DNA of 64,000 nucleotides, taken from NCBI GenBank assembly GCA_031414535.1, contig JANNVQ010000005.1, forward strand, positions 96,001-160,000. Direction: 5' to 3'. A program made the position numbers and the translations under genes. The notes beneath the pieces are model-generated. The model made no database searches, was not told the origin of the DNA, and saw only the letters and a program-made list of their open reading frames with translations. Source of the DNA: Gemmatimonas sp. (lineage in GTDB: Bacteria > Gemmatimonadota > Gemmatimonadetes > Gemmatimonadales > Gemmatimonadaceae). Positions 28,063-37,947 of the stretch are shown piece by piece. Each line of letters begins with the position of its first letter. Position 1 is the first letter of the stretch.

Positions 28063-29154
28063 CTAACCGGTAACTTCGCGCTCCACCGCCGCGCGCAGGA
28101 TGCTCATGAAATCCTGCGCGTTGGTCACCACGCCTACCGCCTGGTGCGTGCCGCGGTCCTTGAGCTTGCTCACCAAAAACTCGCTGGCGTCCACGCAGAT
28201 GGTGGGTAACTCCTGCATGCCGCGCTTGTGGTCATGGTAGTACGCGGGTAGCATGTTGCCCACGGCAATGGAATGCAGCGCCGTCGCAATCATCACGGCC
28301 ATCGTCGCGCGAATAGTGTGTGCGCGCGTGGCGTCCTGGGCCTTCACGGCATCGGTGAACACGTCCGGCAAGGGGCCGTCATCACGGATGCTGCCGCCGA
28401 GCACGAAGGGCACGCCCTCAACCACGCAGGCGTGCATGATGCCTTCCTTGATCACGCCCTGATCCACGGCGGCCTTGATGCTCCCCGCCTTTCGCACGGC
28501 ATTGATGGCGCGCATATGCGCCGCGTGGCCTCCGGCCGTCGGCGCGCCCTCCTTGGTCATGCCGAGTGTGGTGCCGACGGTGGCCGCTTCGATGTCGTGT
28601 ACCGCCACCGCGTTGCCAGCGAGCAGGGCCTGCACATATCCGTTGCGAATGAACCAGACCAGGTTGTCGCGGGCGCGTGAGTGCACCAGCGCCGGGCCGG
28701 TCACCCAGAGCACATAACCGCCGCGCCGCTTCTCCTCCACCAGCATGCGCGCAATCTGGGCGTAATCAATCGGCTTCTCGCGGCTGACGGTGCTACTCAT
28801 GAAATGGAAATCACCGCTCGGGCCGGCTGCTTGCGTAAATCCGTCCGCGTGCACGAACACTCCGTGCGTGCCATCCTCGGCGCTGCCCACGATTACCTCG
28901 TCGCCGGCCTTCACGCGGCGGCCCTCGCGCACCCACCAAGTCTTGTCTTCACCACGGACGAGCACGCCGTCCATTCGCGGCTCGTGTGGGAGCGACCACA
29001 CGCCCTCGTCGTCGCGGATGTACGTGGGAAGGTTCGTGGTGGCAAAAAATCCGTCGGGCAGCACGCCGTCGCGTTCCACACGCACTGTGCGCGCCGCAGG
29101 CGCGTTGGCGAGCAACGGCTTCGTGAAGTCAGGCAGGCGATATTGTACAGTCAT
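28063..29154 (-). CDS. TIGR00300 / LOR-SDH family protein, probable ornithine cyclodeaminase (AgrE/ArgZ C-terminal-like)
   Basis: PDGFFATTNLPT, RMDG, LAGNAVAVHDIE, GSIRDDGPLPDV, LHSIAVGNMLP and KLKDRG. Confidence 0.8.
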   Translation of the reverse strand: MTVQYRLPDFTKPLLANAPAARTVRVERDGVLPDGFFATTNLPTYIRDDEGVWSLPHEPRMDGVLVRGEDKTWWVREGRRVKAGDEVIVGSAEDGTHGVFVHADGFTQAAGPSGDFHFMSSTVSREKPIDYAQIARMLVEEKRRGGYVLWVTGPALVHSRARDNLVWFIRNGYVQALLAGNAVAVHDIEAATVGTTLGMTKEGAPTAGGHAAHMRAINAVRKAGSIKAAVDQGVIKEGIMHACVVEGVPFVLGGSIRDDGPLPDVFTDAVKAQDATRAHTIRATMAVMIATALHSIAVGNMLPAYYHDHKRGMQELPTICVDASEFLVSKLKDRGTHQAVGVVTNAQDFMSILRAAVEREVTG

Positions 29155-29161
29155 TGGAATC

Positions 29162-30073
29162 TCAGAGAATGCGTTTGCCAAGCGCGGAGCAGATGAGTTC
29201 GCAGGCAATCTCAGCCGTGCGATTGCGCTCGTCGAGCACGGGGTTCACTTCCACCATATCGAGTCCAATGAGCTTGCCCGTGTCGGCCAGCATCTCCATC
29301 GCAAGATGCGCCTCGCGGTAGGTCATGCCTCCGGGCACGGCCGTGCCCACGCCCGGCGCTTCCTCGGGATCAATGACGTCCATGTCGAAGGAGACCCAGA
29401 TGCCCGCGGTATCACGCGTGGCGACGGTGATGGCCTCTTCAAGCACGGCGCGTACGCCGCGCTCGTCCAGCGCGCGCATCGTAAAGGCCGAGATCTTCCA
29501 CTTCTTGATGTGAGAGCGTTCGGCGGCATCCAAGTCGCGCAGTCCCACCATCGAGAGGTCAGAAGTACGTAAGGCCGGCTCCGCGCCGGCAATCTCCACC
29601 ATGGCCTTGTCGCCGTAGCCGAGCAGTGCGGCAAGCGGCATGCCGTGCACATTGCCGCTCTTGGAGGTGCCCGGCGTGTTCAAGTCACCGTGCGCGTCAA
29701 TCCAGAGTGCGCCGAGGCGCTTCTTCTGATCGCGCAGAAAGCTCGCAGCACCGGCGATGCTTCCGGCGGCTAAGGCGTGGTCGCCCCCGAGCACTATGGG
29801 TGTGCGCCCAGCTTGTAGGGCGGCTTTAGTACGAGCGGCGACGTCCGCGCACACGTCGGTGATGGAGCCCAGGTAGCGGGCGCCACGCTGCGCGCCGCGC
29901 GCGGCGTCCTCTCGCAGCGGCACAGCCACGTTGCCGGCATCATCCACGTCGTGGCCTAACTTCTCGAGTCGGTCACGCAGATCCGTGTAGCGCACAGCTG
30001 ATGGGCCCATATCCACGCCGCGGCGCGACGCGCCGAGGTCCATGGGGACGCCGATGATTCGAACTTGTGTCAT
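29162..30073 (-). CDS. rocF: Arginase
   Basis: RGVDMGP, LGGDH, WIDAHGDLN, GNVHGMP, SFDMDVIDP and EVNP. Confidence 0.93.
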   Translation of the reverse strand: MTQVRIIGVPMDLGASRRGVDMGPSAVRYTDLRDRLEKLGHDVDDAGNVAVPLREDAARGAQRGARYLGSITDVCADVAARTKAALQAGRTPIVLGGDHALAAGSIAGAASFLRDQKKRLGALWIDAHGDLNTPGTSKSGNVHGMPLAALLGYGDKAMVEIAGAEPALRTSDLSMVGLRDLDAAERSHIKKWKISAFTMRALDERGVRAVLEEAITVATRDTAGIWVSFDMDVIDPEEAPGVGTAVPGGMTYREAHLAMEMLADTGKLIGLDMVEVNPVLDERNRTAEIACELICSALGKRIL

Positions 30074-30168
30074 AGTCACGGATGCTACACTCGGGGTGAT
30101 GCCCGAATGCTAAAACGCATAGGGATGCAGCGCATTCGCAGAGTATGCGAGCGGCGCTGCATGAGCTT

Positions 30169-31815
30169 TCACCCGGCCGTGATGGCCTTGGGCTGTTCAA
30201 ACATGGATACCGCGAGTCCAACCACGACCACGACCACCACGCCAATCACGTTGTGCCAGAGGAAGCTGACGCTAGGCACTCCAAAGGCCACGGCTCCCAC
30301 GGCGCCCATCCCTGCGATGAGTCCAACGAAGGCCCCGGCACCGCGGGCACGAGGAATCATCGCGAGCACAAAGACGCCCAAGATGCTGCCGTAGAAGAAG
30401 GAACCGAAGCGGTTCACGACTTCAATGAGCGAACCTAGCGTCGCGGCGTACCCTGCAACGACGCAGGCAAACACGCCCCAGAGCATCGTGGACAGCTTGC
30501 CCACCTTGAGCGATTGTGCATCGCCAGCATTGGGATTCACCCACCGCTGGTAGAAGTCCACGGTTGTAGCAGTCGCCAAGGAATTGAGCTCGGCGGCGAT
30601 GCTCGACATCGCCGCAGCCAAGACGGCCGCGAGAAAGAGCCCGGCCAAACCAATCGGCAAGTAATCGAGCACGAAGCGCGGAATGATGTAGTTCACATCT
30701 TTCGTGGGCTCACCAAGCGTCTCCTGAGCTGTTGCCAGCGCCTCCGTGCGCACCGCCGTCACCTCGCGATCCGCTGCGGCAAAGGCGGCGGGATCTCTCG
30801 ACTCGGCGGCAATCTGACGCTGCGAGGTGGCCACCGCGTACTTGGCATCCAACTGCTCGAAGGCGGCTGGCGCTGACGCTCGTGCCGCACGGTCTTGCGT
30901 CGGATTGAACAGCAATGGCGCGGGCTCAAACACATAGAAGAGGAACACGCCGACGCCCACGAGGAGCACCAACGCTTGGAGTGGAATCTTCCAGTAGGCG
31001 CTCATCAGCAACGAACTCCGCGCTTCGTCCACCGACTTTGCCGCCAGATAGCGCTGCACCTGGCTTTGGTCGGTGCCGAAGTACGAGAGCATCAAGAAGG
31101 TGCCGCCAATCAGGCCGGACCAGAACGTATAGGTATCGGTAAAGTTGAACGAGAAGTCGAAGGTCTTGAGCTTGCCGGTGGCACCTGCGAGCATCAGCGC
31201 ATCGTCCAAGGGCACAGGCAGGCGGGTGATGAGCACGAAGACGATGGCCAAGAGTGCCGCGACAATCACGAACATCTGTTTGACGTCGGCCCAGGTGACG
31301 GCGCCCACGCCACCGATCACCGTGTAGGCTATGGTTGGGACACCCATCAGGAGGACGGAGACCCAGAGGTCCACGCCAAGGATGGCCGAGAAGACCACGG
31401 CGGGCGCGGCAATGATGGTGCCGCAGGACATACCACGACTGAGCAGGAACAGAAAGCTCGTCAACGAGCGCGTGGCCGGATTAAAGCGTCGCTCGAGGAA
31501 CTCGTATGCTGTGTAGACCTTGGCGCCGTGCAGGAAGGGCACGATGGTCACGCCGAGGATCACCATTGCAATGGGTAATCCAAAGTAGAACTGCACGAAG
31601 CGCAGACCGTCGGTGGCGCCCTGCCCCGTGGTGCCAATCAGGGTGACGGCGGAAAGTTGCGTGGCCATCACCGAGAGCCCGACGGCCCACCACGGTAGCG
31701 AGCGACCGGCGAGGAAGTAGCCCTCGAGGTTGGTGGCCCCGCGCGAGCGGCGAAGACCATCGCCCACCACCCAGGCGAGGTACACGACGACGACCAGCCA
31801 ATTGATCCAATGCAT
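30169..31815 (-). CDS. Sodium:solute symporter (SSS)
   Basis: YFLAGRSLPWW, TAYEFLERRF, DQSQVQRYL and AAAMSS. Confidence 0.92.
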   Translation of the reverse strand: MHWINWLVVVVYLAWVVGDGLRRSRGATNLEGYFLAGRSLPWWAVGLSVMATQLSAVTLIGTTGQGATDGLRFVQFYFGLPIAMVILGVTIVPFLHGAKVYTAYEFLERRFNPATRSLTSFLFLLSRGMSCGTIIAAPAVVFSAILGVDLWVSVLLMGVPTIAYTVIGGVGAVTWADVKQMFVIVAALLAIVFVLITRLPVPLDDALMLAGATGKLKTFDFSFNFTDTYTFWSGLIGGTFLMLSYFGTDQSQVQRYLAAKSVDEARSSLLMSAYWKIPLQALVLLVGVGVFLFYVFEPAPLLFNPTQDRAARASAPAAFEQLDAKYAVATSQRQIAAESRDPAAFAAADREVTAVRTEALATAQETLGEPTKDVNYIIPRFVLDYLPIGLAGLFLAAVLAAAMSSIAAELNSLATATTVDFYQRWVNPNAGDAQSLKVGKLSTMLWGVFACVVAGYAATLGSLIEVVNRFGSFFYGSILGVFVLAMIPRARGAGAFVGLIAGMGAVGAVAFGVPSVSFLWHNVIGVVVVVVVGLAVSMFEQPKAITAG

Positions 31816-31817
31816 GA

Positions 31818-31925
31818 TCAGCTCCCGTAGCGCTGCTGCAGCAGCCAAAGGAGTGCCAACGCAATCACTTGGATAGTGAGCACCCGCAGGAGGGTGTCAC
31901 GGACGCGCGGAGCCTTGTTGCTCAT
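31818..31925 (-). CDS. 35-aa single-TM peptide, probable SSS accessory subunit (absent from the ORF track)
   Basis: MSNKAPRVRDTLLRVLTIQVIALALLWLLQQRYGS*; fills the cls-SSS gap with 3-nt and 2-nt spacers. Confidence 0.7.
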   Translation of the reverse strand: MSNKAPRVRDTLLRVLTIQVIALALLWLLQQRYGS

Positions 31926-31928
31926 CGG

Positions 31929-33386
31929 TCAGAGATAGGGGGAGAACAGTCGTGCCAACCCGTGGCCAATCTTCTTCCAGCTGGGGCGCGCATCCACGTC
32001 GGCGAGCGTGAGTTCCGTGGCCGCCGCAATCCGCATACGCACTTCCTCGTCTAAGCGTTCCGCGAGGCGTTTGTCGTAGCACTCCACATCCAACTCAAAG
32101 TTGAGTCGTAGCGACCGTGGGTCCCAGTTGGATGATCCAAACAGCACCCAGGTGCGATCGACCACCAGCAGCTTGGTATGGTCAAACGGCTGCGGCGTCA
32201 GATGCACGCGACACCCCGGACGTAGCATTTGCCAGAGTTGCGCCGTGGCCGCCCACTGCACCAGCGGGATGTTGACCTTGGCAGGGAGTACGATGTCCAC
32301 ACGCACGCCGCGCATCGCGGCAATCGAAAGCGCGGTGATCAGTCCTTGGTCAGGCAAAAAGTACGGCGTAACGATGCGCACCGACTCCCGCGCGCCGGAA
32401 ACGGCGCCGAGGAGAATGGTGCGGAGGATCTCGAGGTCGCCGTCGGGGCCGTCGGTGAAGACTCGCGCCGCGGTTTCGCCGCTCGGGAGCAGGGTCGGAT
32501 ACCACGCGGGCCCGTCAATGATTTCCCCCGTGGTGAAGGCCCAATCCTCGGCGAAGACTTCCTGCAATTGGCCGACGATGGGGCCTTCCACACGGAAGTG
32601 AAGGTCACGCACCATCCGCGGGGGATTGTCGCGGTGGATGTTGCGGGCCTGGATATTGATGCCACCGGTGAAGGCGAGGCGCCCATCTACCGTGAGCACT
32701 TTGCGATGCGTGCGGAGATTGAAGAACGCGAGCCCAGCATCGCGCACGCGCGGAAGGAAGAGCTCAGTCTTCACTCCGGCTGCGCGCAGCGCGAGGTAAA
32801 CCGGCGGCCAAGTATAGCGCGCACCGACGCCGTCAATGAGCACGCGCACTTCGACGCCGCGCTTCGCGGCGCGGCTGAGGGTTTCTACAAACGCTCGCCC
32901 GGCCGCATCATCGCCAAAGATGTAGGTGCACAGCGCAACGCTGTGGCGCGCGTCATCAATGGCGGCGAGCATCGCGGGATACGCTTCGTCACCGTTGTGC
33001 AGAATGTGCACGGCGTTGCCGATGAGCAGGGGCCGGCCGCTCATGGCCTCACCGAGCCTCGCGAGCGGTTTGTAGGCCTCGGCCACGATGGATTCGCCGT
33101 TGACACGGGCAATGGCGGTGTCGCGAGGCGTGGCACTGGGCAGGCGCCGACGCGCGCGCTGCAACTCCGTGGCGCGACGGCGAATACGGTTCAGTCCTAA
33201 CATCGCGTACAGCACAGATCCTACCACCGGGACCAGCCAGATCACGCCCACCCACGCGATGGCCGCCCGCACGTCACGCTTCTGCACCAGCACGTGACCA
33301 GTGGCCGCGAGATTGAAGGCCAGCCAGATGGCGCCCGTGGCTAGGGTCCACCACTGCGGCAGATCGCGGAAAAAGTCCAAATTCAT
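31929..33386 (-). CDS. cls: Cardiolipin synthase (PLD family)
   Basis: N-terminal TM hairpin; two HKD motifs (HRKVLTVD, HTKLLVVD). Confidence 0.9.
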   Translation of the reverse strand: MNLDFFRDLPQWWTLATGAIWLAFNLAATGHVLVQKRDVRAAIAWVGVIWLVPVVGSVLYAMLGLNRIRRRATELQRARRRLPSATPRDTAIARVNGESIVAEAYKPLARLGEAMSGRPLLIGNAVHILHNGDEAYPAMLAAIDDARHSVALCTYIFGDDAAGRAFVETLSRAAKRGVEVRVLIDGVGARYTWPPVYLALRAAGVKTELFLPRVRDAGLAFFNLRTHRKVLTVDGRLAFTGGINIQARNIHRDNPPRMVRDLHFRVEGPIVGQLQEVFAEDWAFTTGEIIDGPAWYPTLLPSGETAARVFTDGPDGDLEILRTILLGAVSGARESVRIVTPYFLPDQGLITALSIAAMRGVRVDIVLPAKVNIPLVQWAATAQLWQMLRPGCRVHLTPQPFDHTKLLVVDRTWVLFGSSNWDPRSLRLNFELDVECYDKRLAERLDEEVRMRIAAATELTLADVDARPSWKKIGHGLARLFSPYL

Positions 33387-33436
33387 CGTGGCGGGCGCGG
33401 TACGGGCATGGTCTCAGTAATCGGTCAGGTCGCACG

Positions 33437-33484
33437 CCTAAAAACAACCCTAAAAACAACCCTAGCAACAAGCTTAGGAACAAC
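33437..33484. repeat. Four tandem 12-bp AT-rich repeats
   Basis: CCTAAAAACAAC x2, CCTAGCAACAAG, CTTAGGAACAAC. Confidence 0.8.
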
Positions 33485-33586
33485 CTTCTCAGCCCTACAA
33501 ACGTACACTTAGGGAGTGCGGGTGTGCCTGCGTTGCGGCAGCCCCTCCCGCGAGCCAATTTGCACCCTTCCCTCTCTGGAGCACCG

Positions 33587-34057
33587 ATGCCGGTCACCCT
33601 CACCGTCAATGGGACGCGCCGCACGCTCGACGTCCCGGACGATATGCCCCTCCTCTGGGCTCTCCGCGAGACCCTCGACCTCAAGGGCCCGAAGTTTGGC
33701 TGCGGCATTGGGCAGTGCGGTGCTTGCACCGTGCATGTGAACGGCACCGCGACGCGGTCCTGCATGCTTCCGGTGTCGGCGGTTGAGAGCGCCGAGATTG
33801 TCACTATTGAGGGCCTCTCGGCGGACGGGACGCACCCGCTGCAGCTCGCGTGGCAAGAGATTGACGTTCCCCAGTGCGGCTATTGCCAAGCCGGGCAGAT
33901 CATGACCGCCGCCGCGCTGCTGAAGCGCAACCCGCGGCCTAACGAGGCTGAGATTGACCGCGCGATGACCGGGAATCTCTGCCGCTGCGCCACGTACCAT
34001 CGCATTCGCGAGGGCGTACAGCGCGCCGTGACCACCGCCGCGTCGGAGGCCAAGTGA
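33587..34057 (+). CDS. [2Fe-2S] small subunit, isoquinoline 1-oxidoreductase alpha-like
   Basis: KFGCGIGQCGACTV, QCGYCQAG and NLCRCATY. Confidence 0.92.
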   Translation: MPVTLTVNGTRRTLDVPDDMPLLWALRETLDLKGPKFGCGIGQCGACTVHVNGTATRSCMLPVSAVESAEIVTIEGLSADGTHPLQLAWQEIDVPQCGYCQAGQIMTAAALLKRNPRPNEAEIDRAMTGNLCRCATYHRIREGVQRAVTTAASEAK

Positions 34058-36267
34058 CGCAGGCTATTGATCGTCGCGGATTCCTCCGTGTCAGCGGCAT
34101 CGCCGGTGGCGGACTCGTGCTTGGCACCATGCTCGAGTACCGGGTCCATGAGCTTCAGGCTGCAGAGCTCGCCGCGGACGCGGACTTCACGCCAAACGCA
34201 TTCATCCGCATCACACGCGATGGCAAGATCACCATCATCGCCAAGAATCCCGAAGTCGGCCAAGGCGTGAAGACGTCCATGCCACAGCTCATCGCCGAGG
34301 AGCTCGATGTGCCTTGGGCCGCCATCACGATTGAGCAGGCAGACAGCGACCCGGCCAAGTACGGTCCGCAGGTAGCAGGCGGGAGCACCGCCACGCCCAC
34401 CAACTGGGAGCCGCTGCGCCGCGCCGGCGCCGCCGGCCGTGCGCTGATGATTACCGCTGCCGCACAGACCTGGGGCGTGCCAGAGGCCGAGTGCGGAACG
34501 CAGGGTGACGCGCGCGTGCATCACCACGCTACGCATCGCCATCTCACGTATGCCGAACTCGCGGAGCGCGCCGCAGCGCTTCCGGCGCCGGATGCTGCCA
34601 CCGTGCGCATGAAGGATCCAAAGGACTATAAGATCATCGGCCAGGCAATTGCCGGCGTGGATAATCACAAGATTGTGCGTGGTCAGCCGCTGTTCGGCAT
34701 TGATGTCACCGTGCCCGGCATGTTGCACGCGCAGTACGTGAAGGCGCCGGTATTTGGCGCTGCCGTAGCCTCTGCCAACGTGGAAGAGATCAAGCGGATG
34801 CGCGGTGTGCGCGACGCCTTTGTCATTGAAGGCGGCACGCAGTTGGCTGGTCTGCTTCCGGGCGTGGCCATCGTGGCGGATAGCTACTGGAATTCGCGTG
34901 TGGCGCGAAATGCGCTCAAGGTGACGTGGGCGGCGCATCCGACCTCGCAGCAGTCCTCGGCCTCGTTCCGCGCTCGCGCGACGGAACTCTTGGCCGCTGA
35001 GCCGCAGCGCAACCTGCGCAACGACGGTGACGTGGGTGCAGCACTTGGCGCCGGCACCAGAGTGGAAGCGGAATATGAGTATCCCTTCCTCGCGCACGCC
35101 GCACTCGAGCCGATGAACTGCACGGCGCACTTTGCCAACGGCAAGCTTGAAGTGTGGGCCCCGACGCAGAATCCGCAGTCGGGCCGCACGCTCTGCGCCA
35201 ACACGCTCGGCATCGCGCCGGCGGACATCACTATCCATATTGTGCGCTCGGGTGGCGGCTTTGGCCGTCGCTTGAACAACGACTATATGGTTGAGGCCGC
35301 GGCCATTTCTCAGAAGCTTGGCGCGCCCGTGAAACTCACCTGGACTCGCGAAGACGATATCACGCACGACTTTTATCGTCCGGCCGGCTACCACAAGCTG
35401 CGCGGCACCGTGGACGCGAGTGGAAAGCTCACCGCTTGGGACAATCACTTTGTCTCATTTGGCGAGGGGAATGGCTTTGCACCCGCCGCCGCCACGAGCC
35501 CGGGTGAATTTCCCGCGGCCTTTATCCCCAACTTCCGACTGGGCGTCTCCACCATGCCGCTTGGCGTGCCGACGGGATTCCTCCGCGCGCCAACAAGCAA
35601 CGCGCTGGCCTTCGTGTATCAGAGCTTTATTGACGAATTGGCGCACGCGGGCAAGCAGGATCCGGTGGAGTTCCGTCGTGCCCTGCTCGCGCAGTTCGTC
35701 GCGCCAGCTTCGGTCACCGGCGGCGGACAGCAGCCGCAGTTCATGAACGCCGCGCGCATGCGCGGTGTGTTGGATCTCGTGGTACAGATGTCTGGCTGGG
35801 GCACCCGTACGCTTCCACGTGGCAAGGGCATGGGCGTGGCCTTCCACTTCTCGCACCGCGGTTACTTCGCCGAGGTGGTCGAGGCGACGGTGGCGCGCGA
35901 CGGCACACTCACCGTTGACAAGGTGTGGGTGGCCGGCGATGTGGGCAGCGTGATCATCAATCCCAGCGGTGCACTCAACCAAGTGCGGGGTTCGGTACTC
36001 GACGGAATCAGCGAGGCCTTGGCCCAGCAGATTACGATTGAGGGAGGCGCAACGCGGGAGACGAACTTCGACAAGTTCCCGCTCCTGCGCCTGCGCAACG
36101 TGCCGCCGGTGGACGTGCAGTTCCGCATCACAGAGTTTCCGCCCACTGGCATGGGAGAGCCAGCGCTACCGCCGGTGATTCCAGCACTGACCAATGCAAT
36201 CTTCGCGGCCACGGGCAAGCGCATTCGCTCGCTGCCGCTTTCGTTGCATGACTTGAAGTGGAGTTAA
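34054..36267 (+). CDS. Molybdopterin-binding large subunit (IorB-like) with Tat signal
   Basis: DRRGFL, EVGQG, AHAALEPMNC, GGGFGRR and GMGEP. Confidence 0.9.
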   Translation: MTQAIDRRGFLRVSGIAGGGLVLGTMLEYRVHELQAAELAADADFTPNAFIRITRDGKITIIAKNPEVGQGVKTSMPQLIAEELDVPWAAITIEQADSDPAKYGPQVAGGSTATPTNWEPLRRAGAAGRALMITAAAQTWGVPEAECGTQGDARVHHHATHRHLTYAELAERAAALPAPDAATVRMKDPKDYKIIGQAIAGVDNHKIVRGQPLFGIDVTVPGMLHAQYVKAPVFGAAVASANVEEIKRMRGVRDAFVIEGGTQLAGLLPGVAIVADSYWNSRVARNALKVTWAAHPTSQQSSASFRARATELLAAEPQRNLRNDGDVGAALGAGTRVEAEYEYPFLAHAALEPMNCTAHFANGKLEVWAPTQNPQSGRTLCANTLGIAPADITIHIVRSGGGFGRRLNNDYMVEAAAISQKLGAPVKLTWTREDDITHDFYRPAGYHKLRGTVDASGKLTAWDNHFVSFGEGNGFAPAAATSPGEFPAAFIPNFRLGVSTMPLGVPTGFLRAPTSNALAFVYQSFIDELAHAGKQDPVEFRRALLAQFVAPASVTGGGQQPQFMNAARMRGVLDLVVQMSGWGTRTLPRGKGMGVAFHFSHRGYFAEVVEATVARDGTLTVDKVWVAGDVGSVIINPSGALNQVRGSVLDGISEALAQQITIEGGATRETNFDKFPLLRLRNVPPVDVQFRITEFPPTGMGEPALPPVIPALTNAIFAATGKRIRSLPLSLHDLKWS

Positions 36268-36271
36268 TGGC

Positions 36272-37333
36272 GTGAAGGCTTGGCTGGAAACGCGACAGGT
36301 GCTCACGCAGCTCGCCGAGTGGCAGGCTGCGGGGGTGCCCTGTGCCTTGGCCACAGTGGTGCGGGTGCGTGGCTCGGCGTACCGGCACGAGGGCGCGAAG
36401 CTCGTGGTGGCGGCGGATGGCCGTCACGTGGGCAACGTGAGCGGAGGCTGCCTCGAGGAAGACGTGCGCGAAGTAGCGCTCCGCGTCATTCGCACTGGTG
36501 AAAGCGAGTTGCGTGAGTACTGCGGCTCTGTAGATGAGATTCAGGCCTGGGATTTGGGTGTTGGCTGCGAGGGTGTCGTTGAGCTTCTCGTGGAACCTGT
36601 GCGCGATGCGCGCGACGGCGAGCGCGCCATGATTGCCGCCGAGCACACGCATGTGGTGGTCACGGATCTCACCACTCGCGCACGCGAGTGTTTGGATGTG
36701 GGCGTAGCACGTGCACGTGGGCTTCTGGGAGGCGACTCACTCGAGTCGTCGATTGTGGGCGGACATTTTGTAGACGTGATGACACCGCCGCCCCGCCTGC
36801 TCGTGGTGAGCGCCGGCGATGATGCACGGCACTTGGCGAGTCTGGCCGCATCCGTGGGATTCCGCGTCGTCGTTGCGGACCGTCGTCCGGGCTTGTTGAG
36901 CGTGGAGCGCTTCCCTGCTCCAATCCGTCTGGTGGAGACGGATGCCGCGCGACTCACTGAGCGCGTGGTGCTCGACGAGGATTCGTTTGCAGTGGTGATG
37001 ACGCACAACTTCGTAGACGATACGGACTACCTGCGCGGACTCCTGCACACACCAGCCAAGTACCTCGGCGTGCTCGGCCCTCGCCAGCGCACCGGGCGAA
37101 TCCTCAGCTTGCTTCGTACGGAAGGCGCCGTGGACGAGTCGCGGATCTTTGGACCCGTTGGGCTCGACATCGGTACGGATGGCGCGGAGCAAGTGGCGCT
37201 GAGCGTGGTGGCCGAGATGCTGGCCGTGCGCAGTGGTCGGCGGCCGCGTTCGCTGCGCGAGCGTCGCGCGCCAATTCATGTGGACGTGCAGGACTCCAGC
37301 GCGTCGGCAATCGCACCGGAGCGCGCAGAGTGA
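36272..37333 (+). CDS. XdhC/CoxI molybdoenzyme maturation factor
   Basis: GSAYR, VSGGCLE, GCEG, MTHN and PVGLDIG. Confidence 0.9.
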   Translation: MKAWLETRQVLTQLAEWQAAGVPCALATVVRVRGSAYRHEGAKLVVAADGRHVGNVSGGCLEEDVREVALRVIRTGESELREYCGSVDEIQAWDLGVGCEGVVELLVEPVRDARDGERAMIAAEHTHVVVTDLTTRARECLDVGVARARGLLGGDSLESSIVGGHFVDVMTPPPRLLVVSAGDDARHLASLAASVGFRVVVADRRPGLLSVERFPAPIRLVETDAARLTERVVLDEDSFAVVMTHNFVDDTDYLRGLLHTPAKYLGVLGPRQRTGRILSLLRTEGAVDESRIFGPVGLDIGTDGAEQVALSVVAEMLAVRSGRRPRSLRERRAPIHVDVQDSSASAIAPERAE

Positions 37334-37923
37334 GCAGCACTGCACCCGCGCGCATCGCTGCCGTAGTCTTGGCGGCCGGTGCGTCCACGCGTATGGGGAG
37401 CAATAAGCTGCTGCTACCCGTTGAGGGTGAAGCCATGGTGCACCGCACGGTGCGCCGCGTACGCGATGCCGGCTGCGATCCAGTCATCGTCGTAACGGGC
37501 CACGACGCAGAGAGCGTGCAGCTCGCGTTGGCGCCACTGGAGGTGAGCTTCGCGCAGTCACCAGATCCCACAGGGCCGACGAGTGCGTCACTACACGCGG
37601 GGCTGCGTGCCCTGCCAGCGGATGTCACGGCAACGCTGGTGATGCTCGCCGATATGGTGCAGGTCACCACGCCAATGCTTCGCGCGCTGGTTGAAGGCGT
37701 CGCGTTGGGCACTGAGCCGCTGGGTGTCTCGCGCTACGCGGACGTGCTCGCGCCGCCCTTGGTGTTTAAGCGAGAACTGTGGCCCGAGCTACTGGCCTGG
37801 CACGGCGAGGGCTGCGGAAAGGCCGTGGTGCGGGCACACGAAGCTGAGGCACGCATGCACGACTGGCCCGTTGAGGCGCTGCAGGATGTAGATACGCCCG
37901 CCGACTACGACGCGGTGCGCTGA
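37330..37923 (+). CDS. mocA: Molybdenum cofactor cytidylyltransferase (MocA-like)
   Basis: LAAGASTRMGSNKLL, LADM and DVDTPADY. Confidence 0.8.
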   Translation: MSSTAPARIAAVVLAAGASTRMGSNKLLLPVEGEAMVHRTVRRVRDAGCDPVIVVTGHDAESVQLALAPLEVSFAQSPDPTGPTSASLHAGLRALPADVTATLVMLADMVQVTTPMLRALVEGVALGTEPLGVSRYADVLAPPLVFKRELWPELLAWHGEGCGKAVVRAHEAEARMHDWPVEALQDVDTPADYDAVR

Positions 37924-37947
37924 GCCCTGTGGTTTAAGGCAGCATCC

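Noticed and set aside
33437..33484. Mini-CRISPR or replication iterons
   Set aside because: Units are 12 bp, adjacent and spacerless; no cas or rep genes
33274..33804. Minus-strand ORF reading the 12-bp repeats as LFLGLFLG
   Set aside because: Mostly antisense to the Fe-S subunit and overlaps cls out of frame; the hydrophobic run is a by-product of the repeat
33880..35448. 522-aa minus-strand ORF
   Set aside because: Antisense shadow of the molybdoenzyme genes, as expected in high-GC DNA
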